Assembly: GCF_040938485.1 (NCBI RefSeq)
Contig: NW_027270979.1
Span: forward strand, 434,001 to 498,000
DNA length: 64,000 bases
From: Diadema antillarum
Taxonomy: Eukaryota
Direction: 5' to 3'
How positions within the stretch are numbered: position 1 is the stretch's first letter; each line of letters opens with the position of its first letter. Shown here piece after piece: positions 39,332 through 52,263 of this stretch. Under the pieces are notes generated by a model. The model ran no database searches. It worked only from the letters and a program-made list of their open reading frames with translations, and was not told the origin of the DNA. The position numbers were made by a program, and so were the translations under genes.

Positions 39332-40648
39332 TTTTGATTGACAGATCATGAAGTGCGCACCGCAAATATCGCACGTACCGTTTTTTGCAGATGGCAGTAG
39401 GCACAGAGAGTCGTGTTAGACTCTGCACATTTCATAACTCAAAATGCATTCAGAACATATTTCAGAAATGTGATTTCAAAAGAATTATTGTATGAGTGTG
39501 ATATTACCATCACTGGTGAAGGATGGTTGAATGGCTGCTAGGGGTAATTCCCCCCCCCCCCCCCCGAGGTGGGGGGGGGGGGGGGGGTGGAGAAGATGCA
39601 CTGAAGAAGAAAGAAAGAGCTAGATTTTATGCAAGTTCGTGGAGGGTGGGGTGGGGGAGGAGTACTAATGGAAACAAATTCACAGGAGTTGAGTGGCCGA
39701 GTCCGCTGGGAATTCACTAGCTATAACACAGCACATAATTCATGCAAAAGGTTTGGCTTTCGCTGAATTCCAGGGATGAAAAAGTGGGAAAAGAGCCATA
39801 GTTACTCAGATAAAAATTCTCTTCCTTCTAACATCACTTAAAAAGATGTTGGCAAAAGAAAAGCAGTGGAAGATATGCCAGATGTATTCAGTTGACCCTG
39901 GGAAGAAAGACGGAGAGATCTACAATATGTAAAATATGAATAATTACTCATTTGTGATTCATACTGAAGTGCAAGTTGGAGTTGACTGACAGAATGTGGT
40001 ATATTAATGACCACTCTCAATGTTGATTTCATAATTATATAATAATGTCTGCATTATACTCTGCATCAATGAGGAAAAGAATCATAGCAAACTATACATT
40101 AAGCAAATTTCAAAATATTTCTCATAATACTGGGATACTATTCAAAAATATTTCTACTGCACAATTTGAAGATCATTTCAGATCATATCAAAACTACAAC
40201 AAATCATGCTGTTCATTGATGAATAAAAGTAGTTCAACCCTGATCAATTTGACAGCCTCCTCTACAACCCCCCCCCCCCCCGCCGAAATTGCTTACTTGC
40301 ATTTCTGAGAGATACAATACCATTGATACTTAAAATGCACCATTCCCATGAGGCTCAGAGCACTAGCAAAATTACAGAAATGTAACATTTATAAACATAG
40401 TTCAAAGTAAATGAAAAAATTTTTGACTAAGCATCAATCCATTATGAATCACTTCCTTCTATATATCAGTAACGACCTTCTGCAGCAAAGAATCCTGCAC
40501 CCTCAATACAATTGAAATGTTACCTCAAAGGGACAGTCCCTTCAAACGAAACATTGGAATTAAAGCAACACATCAATTGAAGGGTTTGGGCAAAAGTGGA
40601 CATGCATCAAACGAAAGCTGTGACAGCTTGAATGTCAGTAAAGTCGAG

Positions 40649-40814
40649 TACTGTCAATTCAGAAAATTTCCGGCAAGTAATTTTTTCGCGCTTGGCCGGG
40701 TAAGATGAACTTCACGTGGGTTCAATTCTGTGGACGGTCAAGATATTCGAGCACATACTAAGTACTTCAAACTGCGCACCGCTGCCACGGGCTTTGGCAG
40801 CACGTACTACAGTA
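40649..40814. mobile_element. Partial TACTGT-family MITE
   Basis: Left TACTGTCAATT with ttttcgcg motif; ends in TACAGTA. Confidence 0.45.
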
Positions 40815-41966
40815 AAAGGTAACTGGTCTGCATTATGACAGCAAATTCACTCATGAAGGGTGACATCCCTACAATATGCTTTCCTTGGTATCAAAGCCAT
40901 AAAATAATTTTACATACAAGTGTAAAAAGTATTTTGTAAAAGTTGCATGATTTCATTTTTCAACTAGTTTTATGTCGTGCGAAATGTGTAAAAATTTCCA
41001 TTCCCATTCCATCCATCTTGTGACCCAAAGATGACATTGCTCAAAATAAGGCATCGTGGCAGTAATGATTGCCAAGTGCCATTCTGCATAATCCCCACAC
41101 ATTGCTTTCTGTGGCAAGTACTTCATGAATATATATAAATATTGACCTTTGAATAACTTCTCATCGGTAAAATTGTTACAAAAAAAAAACCACCTAGATC
41201 CTAAATGCAGCCAATTATCAACAATTGAGGAATTGAATAGGAAGGCTAAAAGATGAAGGATGTTACTCCTATTAGAAAAAAAAAAAGAATCATCGCACCA
41301 TTAACATCCTGCAATGATCCATGTCTGTATTTACATTAATCATTTGAATCATCACATCACAGTGCTGTATATCAAGCAAAAGGTGTTCCGTCTCTCGATA
41401 AAAAAAAACCAAACAACAACAACAACCTGTGGCCATGACATGGAAAGACGAGAGCATTCTGGTCGCAGAAAAATACCAAACGTTCCTGTTTGGAGACTGC
41501 CCTCTAACATGGAGAGGTAAACAGGTCTGTTTCCATAAAATACCAAAGTGGTGGGTGGGGGAGGGGAGGTGAGGAGGTGAGGAGGGGGGTAGGGTAGGGT
41601 CAGGGTGATCACTGCTTGGCATGAATGCGATCATCCGGATTCGACTGGCTCACACTGCTTCTTTCTCGTCGTCTGCAGTCTCCTCCCGTTCAAGTTTTTT
41701 TCGTGCGTCTTTTTCTTTTCTCAGTAACCCATTTCGATCTCCAGAAATTCTATTGGAATTCAATTATCAATTTAATTCATTGCGTGGAAAGTCGTGTGGT
41801 GGCTGTTGATATCGCTGTTGTTGTTGTATTGTTGTTGTTTTTCAACTAAGTGCCAATGAAAGTTATTGGTGTTCAAAAAAGCATCTTCAGACTTCAGAAT
41901 TAGGGGAAAAGATGATGAGAAATGAGGAAACAGCTAATGGAGGACATGTATTAAGAGAAAAAAGAG

Positions 41967-42000
<34 letters not shown>

Positions 42001-42368
42001 GTGATGTTGTTGGGGCTGTGGATAAGACAGAAGAGAAGATAGTGATGAAGTGAAGGGTAAAGAGAAGTGAGAGAAGGTGGGGATGAAGGAGGAATAAAAG
42101 GAGAAATCAGAATGCTAGGATAAGCTTGTGGGAAGATTAGGGTCAGAATGGAGCGACAGAGCGGCGGAAAAAGGAGAGGGGAAGGGAAAGAAGGACGATC
42201 ATCGGTGATGCGAAGATGACGGGGAGGGGGGGGTGGGGGGGAGGATGAGAAGGGAAGATGATTCGGCGTAAGGCAAAAAATGGAGGCAATTAGGAAGGAT
42301 TGGAAGGGAGACAAAGGGTCTGGTGAGGGGGAAAATTGAATCGAATATGAGGGGGTAGCAGAACTTAC

Positions 42369-42405
42369 GTGGAATCGTTTGACCGCCGCTTCCTCCGTGC
42401 TGATG
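42369..42405 (-). CDS. Internal coding exon, 37 nt (HQHGGSGGQTIP in phase 0-1; ISTEEAAVKRFH in phase 2-0)
   Basis: Very strong acceptor ttttctgttttctttttccttacctctttgcag| and donor CAC|gtaagt. GC-rich against AT-rich flanks. All three frames are open, so the frame is uncertain. Confidence 0.6.
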
Positions 42406-45400
42406 CTGCAAAGAGGTAAGGAAAAAGAAAACAGAAAAATGCAAACGTTATGTGCACATTCCAGTGACCTCCAAGAGAAATACTGAGTTACAACAAGAAA
42501 TGTACAATCCTTCCACTTATACACCCAAAAAAAAAAAACTATACTAATAAGTGTCAGTATTAAGATAATGAGAAAATACCACACAGAATTGAGAAAAGAG
42601 AAAGTTTCCATCATGGCAACCACCCCATCCACCATTAAATTTTTCTTCTCGCCTTTTTCTTGGCACTTAAAATTCTGTCTTTGATTAATTATTAACTTGT
42701 GAACCATGTCACATAGTTCCAAGGCAGCAGAGGCCTAATGCGACTTCAATTCAATCTTCCAGCTTTCGAGTGCCCAGACATAAATCATTAAATCTCTCAG
42801 CTGATTACTGCATTCTCACTGAATGACACCCCGATCTTGTCACAAAGTGGTTTAAATCTATAGTTGATACCATCCTAATACATAGCACCATATTTATTTC
42901 AGGCCAATACTGAATAACTGAAAATGGTTTTACATACCATCCAGCTCACTTTCATCGCAAAATATCATTTGCATCTAAATTACATGCATAGTCAATTTGA
43001 GCAAAATGTGAAAAGATGTGCCATATCTACCATCATAAGTACAATGTTGATGTTGTGAAGAGATGTATGACAACTCTAGAGGGCAGCAAACAAGTTTTCT
43101 ACATGACCTTTAAAGTGCAAATCTACATCAAGATCAAGTTGGCTCTCTTGAATAATAGAGAAGTGAAAGACAGGAAATATGAGAGGTTCATCGAAAATCA
43201 TACCTTAAATAAGAAGGTTAAGGGATTTTTCTTTTAAATTGACACTATCATGACACAGTGACATAAGTAGCAATCACAGATGAAAATTAAAGGTGGTGAT
43301 GCCACTATCCCCAAAACTCCCTCGGCATTCACAGAAATCCTCACTAAATATCTGTTTTGGGTTTTGCTTTTGTTCAGTTTGTTTGGGTTTTTTCACATGA
43401 AATCCAAAAGAAGTATTCAAGGCATCAAGTCGTCTCAGTTTTCATAAAAACTTAAACTAAACAATAATGATAAGAAGGAAGAAAGAGGTTGTAAATGCTA
43501 AAATTTTAAACATCTTGTCGGCATACTGTACTACAATTGGAGATTTTAGGTGGTTGCATCCACTATCATTATTCTCTAAAATAACACATATAAAAACATT
43601 GGATGTCATTAGTTTTCTGGTTTTACTTTTATGTTTGTTGAATTACATTTTGGATTTGACCAAAATCACTTTCATATTGTATGACATGTCATTGTGTCAC
43701 AGCACATTGCACAATCAGATACAGATATGATGGAAAAATTCCAGTGGGGATTATTGCTGAGATATCCTTGCTCTTAGCATCATACCACGGGCAAATACTT
43801 TAAAACAAGAAGTGACATTCCTTTACTTAATGCTGAATCAGACCTAATGCAAATTCCTTTTATTTCATTTATATTTCATATCCAACAAAATCATATACAG
43901 GCATAATAAATACAAAATGATCACATGAATACAAAATGTTGCAAATGCTTTCCTCTGTAAGTGAATTGTTATATGACGAAGGTAGTAAAATTAATACTAA
44001 GTCATGTGAAATTATTGTTTATTACATTAATCAAACAATGGGTAAATGGATTGGAGGTTGGAAATGGAGGGGATTACTAAAAGATAACTTCATAGCTTGA
44101 ATCATACAATCAACTCTGAAAATTTGATTGCTGGTAATATTGTTTTCATCTGTATCTTGTTTCAATTTATCATGTAATCAATTTAAAAGCTCATCTGAAG
44201 AGTGAGCAGGTAATTATATCGAAGGGTCATTTACATCAAACACTTGGGCTAATATCGCATGCTACGCATTTTATATAACATGTGTGTGCCTGTCAGTGTC
44301 TGTTTGTGTGTGTGTATGTGCATGTGTGTGTGCAATATCTATCTGCAAGTCTGAAGAAGAAACTTGTTTGTTTCGTTACAAAATGTAAAAATACATGATA
44401 TCAATAACTCATGATTGTTTTGGATACCAATAAAGTGGTGGCAATTCTATGCCACATGCAAAGAAATTTGTTTTAATAGATCTCTGGGCAATGTTACATT
44501 GCTAATGTAATGCGATACAGATCATCCTAGTACCAGGTTACCATCACACTAATATGACATCCATGTGCATAATGCGATGCTGCCATGAATTTGTGCACGT
44601 ATGCCTCCTCGTTCCATCAGTGCACTCGCGAATTAAAATTCCACTTCGGTGTGCGTGGTACCACAGAAAAAAACTAACTGCTTCAGATAGAAAAATCTTG
44701 CTCCTCTGTAAGATCAAATCTCAACATGGGTTATGCTTTTTCTTGATATTTTTTCCTAATTATACTGTAAAAGTATGATAATGGCTAAGTTAGCAAGTCA
44801 TCAATCATAACACTGCTGTCTCCTTATTCTGTCTATACAGCTTTCACAGTGTCACACTATGTACAATTGCTGGTATCAGCTCATATAATACGTGACAATT
44901 TCTCTCTGTTTTCAGCCTTCTCATTATGCTATAAAAGTTTATTTTGTTGGATATAAACCATCCTCCTTTGAGCACTTCCAGCAAAATAATCTCAAGATGA
45001 ACTGAAAATAGTCATTTCATGCAAACTGGCTGTTATTGTCCAGTAACTTTGGCAACTATTTACCCCTTTCTATCATAATTGTACAGATCTATTCTTGTAA
45101 AAAAAACAAAAAAAAACAAAAAAAAAAAGACAGAGATATCACAAAAAGAGGGTTATCCTTCTTCGCTAAATGAATTTTATATTGATCTTCACAGCTCCAT
45201 TATGACACCTCCCCCAAGATGTCTGTCACCTGAAGCACACCACCACCCTCCACCCTGCCACGCCCACTAAACACAGTGGAAGCATCTCATGCCTAATCTA
45301 CGCATGATACTGATGATGCCTTGCCAGATGATGGCTGACTCAGGGACGGCAGCATGTTACCACGAGGAGCTCAACAATCTATTTTGCGCATCGAGAAGCT

Positions 45401-46440
45401 GACCTGGGAAAAATCTCCTACTGCGTTTCCCATTTTTCCCCTTATTCTTTAAGGGAAAAAAAATAATAAACCTCCCTTTTTTCCCTTCTCCGGTGAGTTT
45501 GCTTTGAAAGAGAGGTATGCAGTAAATTTCAACTTAAGGCAATTGCACTGGCGGTAGTGAGAATAAGCACGTATGACAGATCAATGCGAGGAGAAAAGAA
45601 TTTTCCATCCTCGTCTCTTTCGATGTTTTCTCTGTCCTTCTCTTCATGATACTATCCTCACTCCTGCCAACAGTGGCAAAATGCCCACCAGTGGCAAAAC
45701 GCCCTTTTTTATCTTTAAATGATTCTTTCCCCTCCAACCCAATCTTTTCTGCACATTGCTTATTTTGCACAGTCTTCTTCTGTTGTTGTTGTTTTTTCTT
45801 AATCCCTTATCTCCTTTTCCTTTTTTCTAATCATGCTTTCATTATACCACTCCTTTCATCAGAACATTCCCCCTCTCCCCCAGGCCCAATTGACATTCTG
45901 TTCGGGTGAATATCTATCAGCTCCATTCTCCCCCTTCTCCCATACCATGTACAGTTCTTCCCTTCTCTCATCTCCTTCCTTGTGGGGTTTGTTGTTGTTG
46001 TTGGTGCTGATGCTGTTGGGGGGGGGGGGGGGGGGGTTGATTGAAGGGGAGGGGATAGCAACATTAAATCCTTGATTCATTTCAATATCTGTATTTCTTC
46101 CAGCACATTTTCCTATACATTCTAACATTTCTCTCATGCTCTAGCTCAGTTCTACAATTACCCCTATTCATTCTTCTTTCCCTCTCCCTTTACATCAAAA
46201 TTCATCAGTGCATTCTTAATTTAAACCAATTTTTACCAGTATCCCCCCCCCCCCCCCCCCCCCCGCCCATTTTCTCTTGACTCTTTTTTCGAGTGGACAT
46301 ACATGAAATTCATCCCTCTCGTGGTTGCTTGGCTAAGGGGTGAGAACCATATCAGATAAATATCGATGGGAAATGCATAATCACTGGTCAGATTGGATTT
46401 CAGGGCATGACACCACTCTGGCTAAATGTAGTCTGCTTAC

Positions 46441-46482
46441 CCAGTCTTTTCCCTGCCTCATACCATGTCCAGAGAATGCTCT
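46441..46482 (-). CDS. Possible small exon (RAFSGHGMRQGKDW in phase 0-0)
   Basis: Poly-T acceptor tttcattctttgccag| and donor TGG|gtaagc. 42 nt and frame-neutral, so the chain neither requires nor excludes it. Confidence 0.3.
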
Positions 46483-48405
46483 CTGGCAAAGAATGAAAAA
46501 AAAAATGGTATTAGATTACCACAAAACTGCTGGGTTTTGGCAAGACTAATTCCCCCCCCCCTCCATTTTTTTTTTTTTTTCACACCATAAACTCCATTGC
46601 AAGCTCGTCAAATTTCCCAGTGTGTTATCGGACGATGTCATAAGGTATGAGGACAACGTATGCATAATGTCGGCTCAAATTACCCCAGGGATTTAGGAGC
46701 TGAACTGAAAAGTGATAATTGGAATCATTTCATTTCCTCAGAGTGCTCATGGCATACATCGGTGGCTTTAGAAATTGTCGCATAGTTCAATCCTAATTTC
46801 AATGTTTTGGTACAGTAATGACTAGTATATGAACGGGAGGCGGAAACAGCATTTGCAATTAATTCCAACACAATGTTGCACGCTTGTTTCTTTCCCAGAA
46901 TTCCTACAGTCCTCAGCACACAAGGACCGTGGGACCTCACTCTCATCACAATTGTGAGGGATTTAGCTTCCTCGCATACAAAAGGACTCATTTGCAAATG
47001 GGTTTAGATACTCATTTCCCGCTGATCAAAATATCAAAAAATGTCCATCCTTTGCTTTACAGCAATTAGGGAATACACTGATCTAGATGTTTAATTTTGA
47101 TGAGTGCTCAAGTTTTGAAAAGGACTCACTGGTAAATAGGTTCAGAAACATATTTCATGCTAATCAAGTTATAAATAAAAAAATGTACATCATGTTCTTT
47201 GAAAGAATTAGTGAATACACTCAAGAGTGCACTCATTTGCCTTAAAACCATTTGACAGATGAGAATACACCCAACATTAAGAGAAGATTGCAACTGTTGT
47301 TATATACCGCATTTGTTATTTTACGAAATTCTAGGTATTGAAACCAGTGATGGACCATACTTGTTAGTTTTGTTTTTCTCTTACATCACTTCATTAAACA
47401 AGCATTCTGGATTTCTAATAAGGCTTATAATGCTAATGAAGTGTATCATTGTGGGATTTTTTTTTTTTCAGCGATATATTCCGACAAAATGCTCACATCG
47501 GCAAATTTAAACTTCTAATTACTTTATCTCTCACACTATCTGTCCATTAAATAAATCTTACAAGATTAGCACAGATATCTGCAGTAAATAGCACATAAAA
47601 TACTCTGAGATTTCCCTCTTGGATAAGTTCAAGGGTGCAGAGATTATCTGCGAGATAATCTACAATTCCACGCCATGTTTCAATCTTTAAATAGAAAAAA
47701 AAAAGATAAAATTATCTTATGATCAGAATGGTTCAGGTTTCAACAAAACTGAACCTGAAATAAAAACGGAAAAAAACCCCCCTGAATTTTAGCATGTTTA
47801 GTAAAACATTGACATTGGGAGCAACCATGTGCACAAATAACTTACAGGAGGTGACATGTTGGCACCTCACAAAACTCTTCTCGACCTGAACATAAATCTT
47901 CAGGAAATTTCCTGTTTTGACGTCAAACACATAAGACTCAAAAAAATCGTAGCCTTCGCATCAATTTATTGCAGTCTTGTGATAAGTTGGCAGCAGTGAC
48001 TTTTAGGGTGGAGAGGGAATATAGTTGCTAAATTATCAACCACAAACACCTTCTTACTTGAAGATATACATATTAATTTCTTTTGATAAACCACTTGGAA
48101 AGTTGTGAGTTATTGACATCATCACCTAGTCTTATCTGTGTGTGTGTGTTTGTAATAAATATCACTTCATGGAGAAAATGTGAAACTTCCTTTACTTTCT
48201 TTTTTAATTTCATGTCCAATTTTGTATAAACTTCCATCATTTCGTTCCGTCACTCTGATATTGATTTTACTCTTCTTTGAATACTGGCTAATCATTCCTT
48301 TAACCTTGTTTGACCTTATGACCTTTGACCCTGTAAAAAGCACTTGACACATGCAACCAGACCTGATATAACTGAGAGACAAGTATAGTCTTTTGCAAAT
48401 CAGTG

Positions 48406-48770
48406 TTAAAGGGGAAGGCTAGTAACTGATCAGTGGGAATCAGTGGAAATGCTGGGAGATGATTGTTCCAATCCTTATGGGATTCATTCAAGAGTTCATT
48501 GTATATCTATTGTTGTGTGAAAATGATTTGCTTCAGAATGGTCTCATATTCAAGTAATGTGCAGTTTAATGCTTCCAGGTTAGCGTCCCTGGTCAGTGAC
48601 GGAGCATTAATCTGCACATTACTTGAATATGAGACCGTTCTGAAGCAAATCATTTTCACACAACAATAGATATACAATGAACTCTTGAATGAATCCCATA
48701 AGGATTGGAACAATCATCTCCCAGCATTTCCACTGATTCCCACTGATCAGTTACTAGCCTTCCCCTTTAA
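48406..48770. mobile_element. Fold-back Kolobok-like MITE (TTAA TSD, AGGGG termini), almost entirely inverted repeat
   Basis: TTAA|AGGGGAAGGC...GCCTTCCCCT|TTAA. Arms of about 170 bp differ by 2 substitutions and 1 indel. 24-nt spacer at 48577-48600. Confidence 0.85.
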
Positions 48771-48783
48771 CAAAACCCTGTGA

Positions 48784-48966
48784 NNNNNNNNNNNNNNNNN
48801 NNNNNNNNNNNNNNNNNNNNNNNNNNNNNNNNNNNNNNNNNNNNNNNNNNNNNNNNNNNNNNNNNNNNNNNNNNNNNNNNNNNNNNNNNNNNNNNNNNNN
48901 NNNNNNNNNNNNNNNNNNNNNNNNNNNNNNNNNNNNNNNNNNNNNNNNNNNNNNNNNNNNNNNNNN
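48784..48966. other. Assembly gap (N run)
   Basis: Run of N. Confidence 1.
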
Positions 48967-49090
48967 TATACAGACAGATAGATAGACAGAGAGACAGACG
49001 GAGAGATAGACATATAGATAGATCAATAGAAAGACAGATAGATAGATAGACAGATAGACAGAGAGATAGATAGTTAGATAGATGGATAGC
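48967..49090. repeat. (GATA/GACA)n microsatellite abutting an assembly gap
   Basis: Directly visible. Confidence 0.9.
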
Positions 49091-49140
49091 TAAAGAGAAA
49101 GAGAGAGAGAATTGTTCAGATCCTAATTCTCAATACTTAC

Positions 49141-49227
49141 TGATGTTTCGTTGAAAGGAAACTTTGGAATTTCCGACTTGATCGGTGTTTGAATGGCAGA
49201 CACAGGAGTTTTTATGCCCGTCATTTT
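49141..49227 (-). CDS. Internal coding exon (KMTGIKTPVSAIQTPIKSEIPKFPFNETS), phase 0-0
   Basis: Strong acceptor gtgcgtctttgttctttcag| and consensus donor TCA|gtaagt. 87 nt (29 codons). A phase-1 frame is also open, so the frame was chosen by compatibility with neighbouring exons. Confidence 0.65.
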
Positions 49228-50715
49228 CTGAAAGAACAAAGACGCACACAAACACACAAGTTAAATATCTACAGGATCTATGGAAGTTACAGATAGGTCT
49301 AAATGTAATGATTACAAAGAAAACAAATGAGCAATCCACACAATTTAAAAAAAAAAAGATAGTGTCCAAGAAAGTCAAATCTTTTAAGAAAAACAAAATC
49401 TGCAATTGTCAAAATGTATTTTTAAAGATTATGATGGCAAGCTATTGTGTCACAAAGGCCAATATGTTTACATGTGGAATAAAGGTACAAGGTTGGATTC
49501 CTAGAATTACTGCCTGCCTCAGCCTCTTTCAAAAAGAATGAAATAAACTCTGTGAATATAATATTGTCCTTGTAGATATGCATTTATGTGCATATGTGTA
49601 CACACACAAAACAAACACACAAACGTATGCAAACATAGATACATACATATGTGCATATGCATTTATGCAAACACATATGTGTATGTATAATTATGTATAT
49701 CTGTGTGTGTATATATATATACAAACATATATATACTCACATTACTATTATGCATAATGTAATATATGCCATACATAGTTCAAACATTCTAAGATTTTGA
49801 AATAGCTCTTGCCACAAGCCTGATATTCAGATATGAGTCATCTGACAAGCTGCGGCAAAAAACTTATTTTTATTTATAACTCCAAACAAACCTTCCTCCC
49901 CATCCAGTGGAAAGACAAAATTATACATTATATACTAATTAGACCTTGGTGTAACTGACTCAAACATACATTTTTGCCAAGAGTTGCGACTACCCGCAAC
50001 CACACCACTGACATGTGATTACAATGATGAATCTGTCACCATCATCACGGCTCAAAGTATGTGCACACCTATTTCTCGCTTACTATCTGATCAACACTAT
50101 GGCCCCCGGGCCACTCATAGCCATCCTATGCATCACATACACAAATCAATAAACCAGTCTGTGTAGTCCCACTTCATTTGTACAAATAGGCATGTTTGTT
50201 TTCAAAATTTACTGAGACGAGCATGTGTGATATAATGATTACTCATGTAATCTTTATAAGCAGTGCTTGCCAGTACTTCCATCTGACAGCAACAATGTAT
50301 TCTTTAAAGCCAAGTATTTGGCAATATAAATAGAAAATTTTTGTTCATGCAGTCAATGCAAAACAATGAAATGGATGCTTCCCAAGTATTAATTGAATGA
50401 CCATTCAGGTCACCTGGTCTACACACAAGTTTATTTTGTTGTTTGAACATGAATTCCATAATCTGCTATGGCAGGCAAGCTTATGCATTATGTTACTTTA
50501 AAAAATGAGTAAATGAAGTGCCTGACCAACTGAGGGGAAAAAAAAGGTCATTTGTACCAATGTGCACACCAGCTAAATGTACTTACGAACTGGTTCATTT
50601 GTCTATAAACCCTTACAAACTGTACAATTTTTTTTCTGCTTCCTTCTATAAGTAAAAGTTGATAATGTACGAAACCTCTCAACGGTAAAGGGTAAACACA
50701 AGACACACACGAACT

Positions 50716-50765
<50 letters not shown>
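50716..50765. repeat. (CA)n microsatellite
   Basis: Directly visible. Confidence 0.95.
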
Positions 50766-50766
<1 letters not shown>

Positions 50767-51133
50767 GCATACATAATGAGGAAGAGAAATGGAGAGTCCA
50801 CCTCCCCCCTCCCCCCCCCCCCCCCCCCCCCATTTGCCTCATTAGAGCAACCCTTGATTATTCTTGTCACCAAAAGCTAAAAAAAAAAAAGAAGCCATGC
50901 ATAGGTGCTAAAGGGTCTATGCAGGCATACACACAAAAAAGATACACGCACACATTATACACACATAGAGGAGGAGAAATAGAGTGCGCTGGCATACCAA
51001 TGCCCGCCCCTTCCCTTTCCGCTAGTCCGACACCTTGTGAAAGTAACCCATGATTTTTGTCACCACGAGCTAATTGCATGTCTCTTATACAGCATCCGGC
51101 ACGATCGTCTGGGGAAAAAAAAATGCAAACACA

Positions 51134-51134
<1 letters not shown>

Positions 51135-51170
<36 letters not shown>

Positions 51171-51201
51171 GCATACATACATACATACATACATACATAC
51201 A
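51135..51201. repeat. Compound (CA)n-(TACA)n microsatellite
   Basis: Directly visible. Confidence 0.95.
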
Positions 51202-51509
51202 CAAATAAGGCCTCCTTGGGAAAAACACTCCAACCTGTTTCAGTGCCATTATTGCCAAGATATTTTCAGCTGCCTCCAGATTTCCACCCTCTTGAACCTG
51301 TCCAGATTTTGCTTTCCCCCATTTTTTCCCCTTCCTCTGTCTTCTCCCTCTTCTCTTTCTGTTTTTTACCCCTCTTTTTTTTCTTCTTCTTTTTTTTTAA
51401 CCCACGCTTCACCAGCAAACACCAGGAGTGGACTCTGGTCATTAGCCACACTCGTTTTAGACCTTTAGCATCTCGCTCTAAGTCCATTATCCTCTTAAAA
51501 GGAACACAC

Positions 51510-51566
51510 CTGAGGACTTTGGATCAGGCTGATGTCATCTTTGCTCAAATCATCACTTGGGAGTTG
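51510..51566 (-). CDS. Internal coding exon of unidentified minus-strand gene (QLPSDDLSKDDISLIQSPQ), phase 0-0
   Basis: Acceptor ccactgttttgttaaag| and donor CAG|gtgtgt. 57 nt, open frame, protein-like composition. Splices in frame to 49141-49227. Confidence 0.55.
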
Positions 51567-52050
51567 CTTTAACAAAACAGTGGAAGTCAATCAATGTTGC
51601 TCACCATCAAAACGTTTGCGCAAACATACCATATCAATTTATGAAAATTTCCACAGTCATTTGTAATTATTTTCTGAATAATCAAGACAATTTTATCTGA
51701 ACACTTACAAGAAAATGTGAAAATAGCTTGAGCTTGCAACATAATCATAGCAAACTGTATTAAACTTGAACAAATTGCCACCAGAAGACAAACTCTGGGA
51801 AAGTTAAATATTGAGGTGGAACAACTGGACAGAAAACTGCTACTCTGTTCTCAAGGTGTCTGAAATGAAATAAGTTAAAAAAAAGAAGAAGAAGAGCTTG
51901 CACCTTTGTCAAAATCTTGCACGAAGTAAGAAATTTCAAACTTCAAAATTTCAAACTTTGATTCGTTTTCACAGAACTGTGCAATCAAAACCCCAATAAA
52001 TAAATTAAGCGAGGCAATCATATGATCCCTTCACAATCTTCACACTAGTC

Positions 52051-52263
52051 TACTGTAAAAGGGCAAATTTTTGCAATGTTGAAATTTTCGCGCATTTCAA
52101 GCAACCAGAAACTAGCCCGAAAATAAAAGCATGCAAATATTTTTGCATGCCATATGTTCCTGTACTTACTGTCATGAATCTCCGGAATTAAAAGCACGAA
52201 AAACTCTTCTTTCCGGGCCGAGCGCGAAAAATTTGTCACACGAACATATCCACTTTTACAGTA
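52051..52263. mobile_element. TA-flanked Tc2/pogo-like MITE
   Basis: TACTGTAAAAG...CTTTTACAGTA, perfect 11-bp TIR including the TA. Confidence 0.85.

Noticed and set aside
41435-41516. + strand ATG exon MTWKDESILVAEKYQTFLFGDCPLTWR with a gtaaac donor
   Set aside because: No downstream + exons were found and there is no homology I recognise. It remains possible but unsupported.
50587-51105. Two further well-flanked minus-strand segments (50587-50645, and one starting at the strong acceptor at about 51105)
   Set aside because: Both have stop codons in the phase-0 frame required between 51510 and 49227. They could be poison exons or indicate a different frame, but I cannot place them without RNA data.
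51421-51572. + strand frame EWTLVISH...DQADVIFAQIITWELL after a pyrimidine tract
   Set aside because: Better explained as the antisense of the 51510-51566 minus exon.
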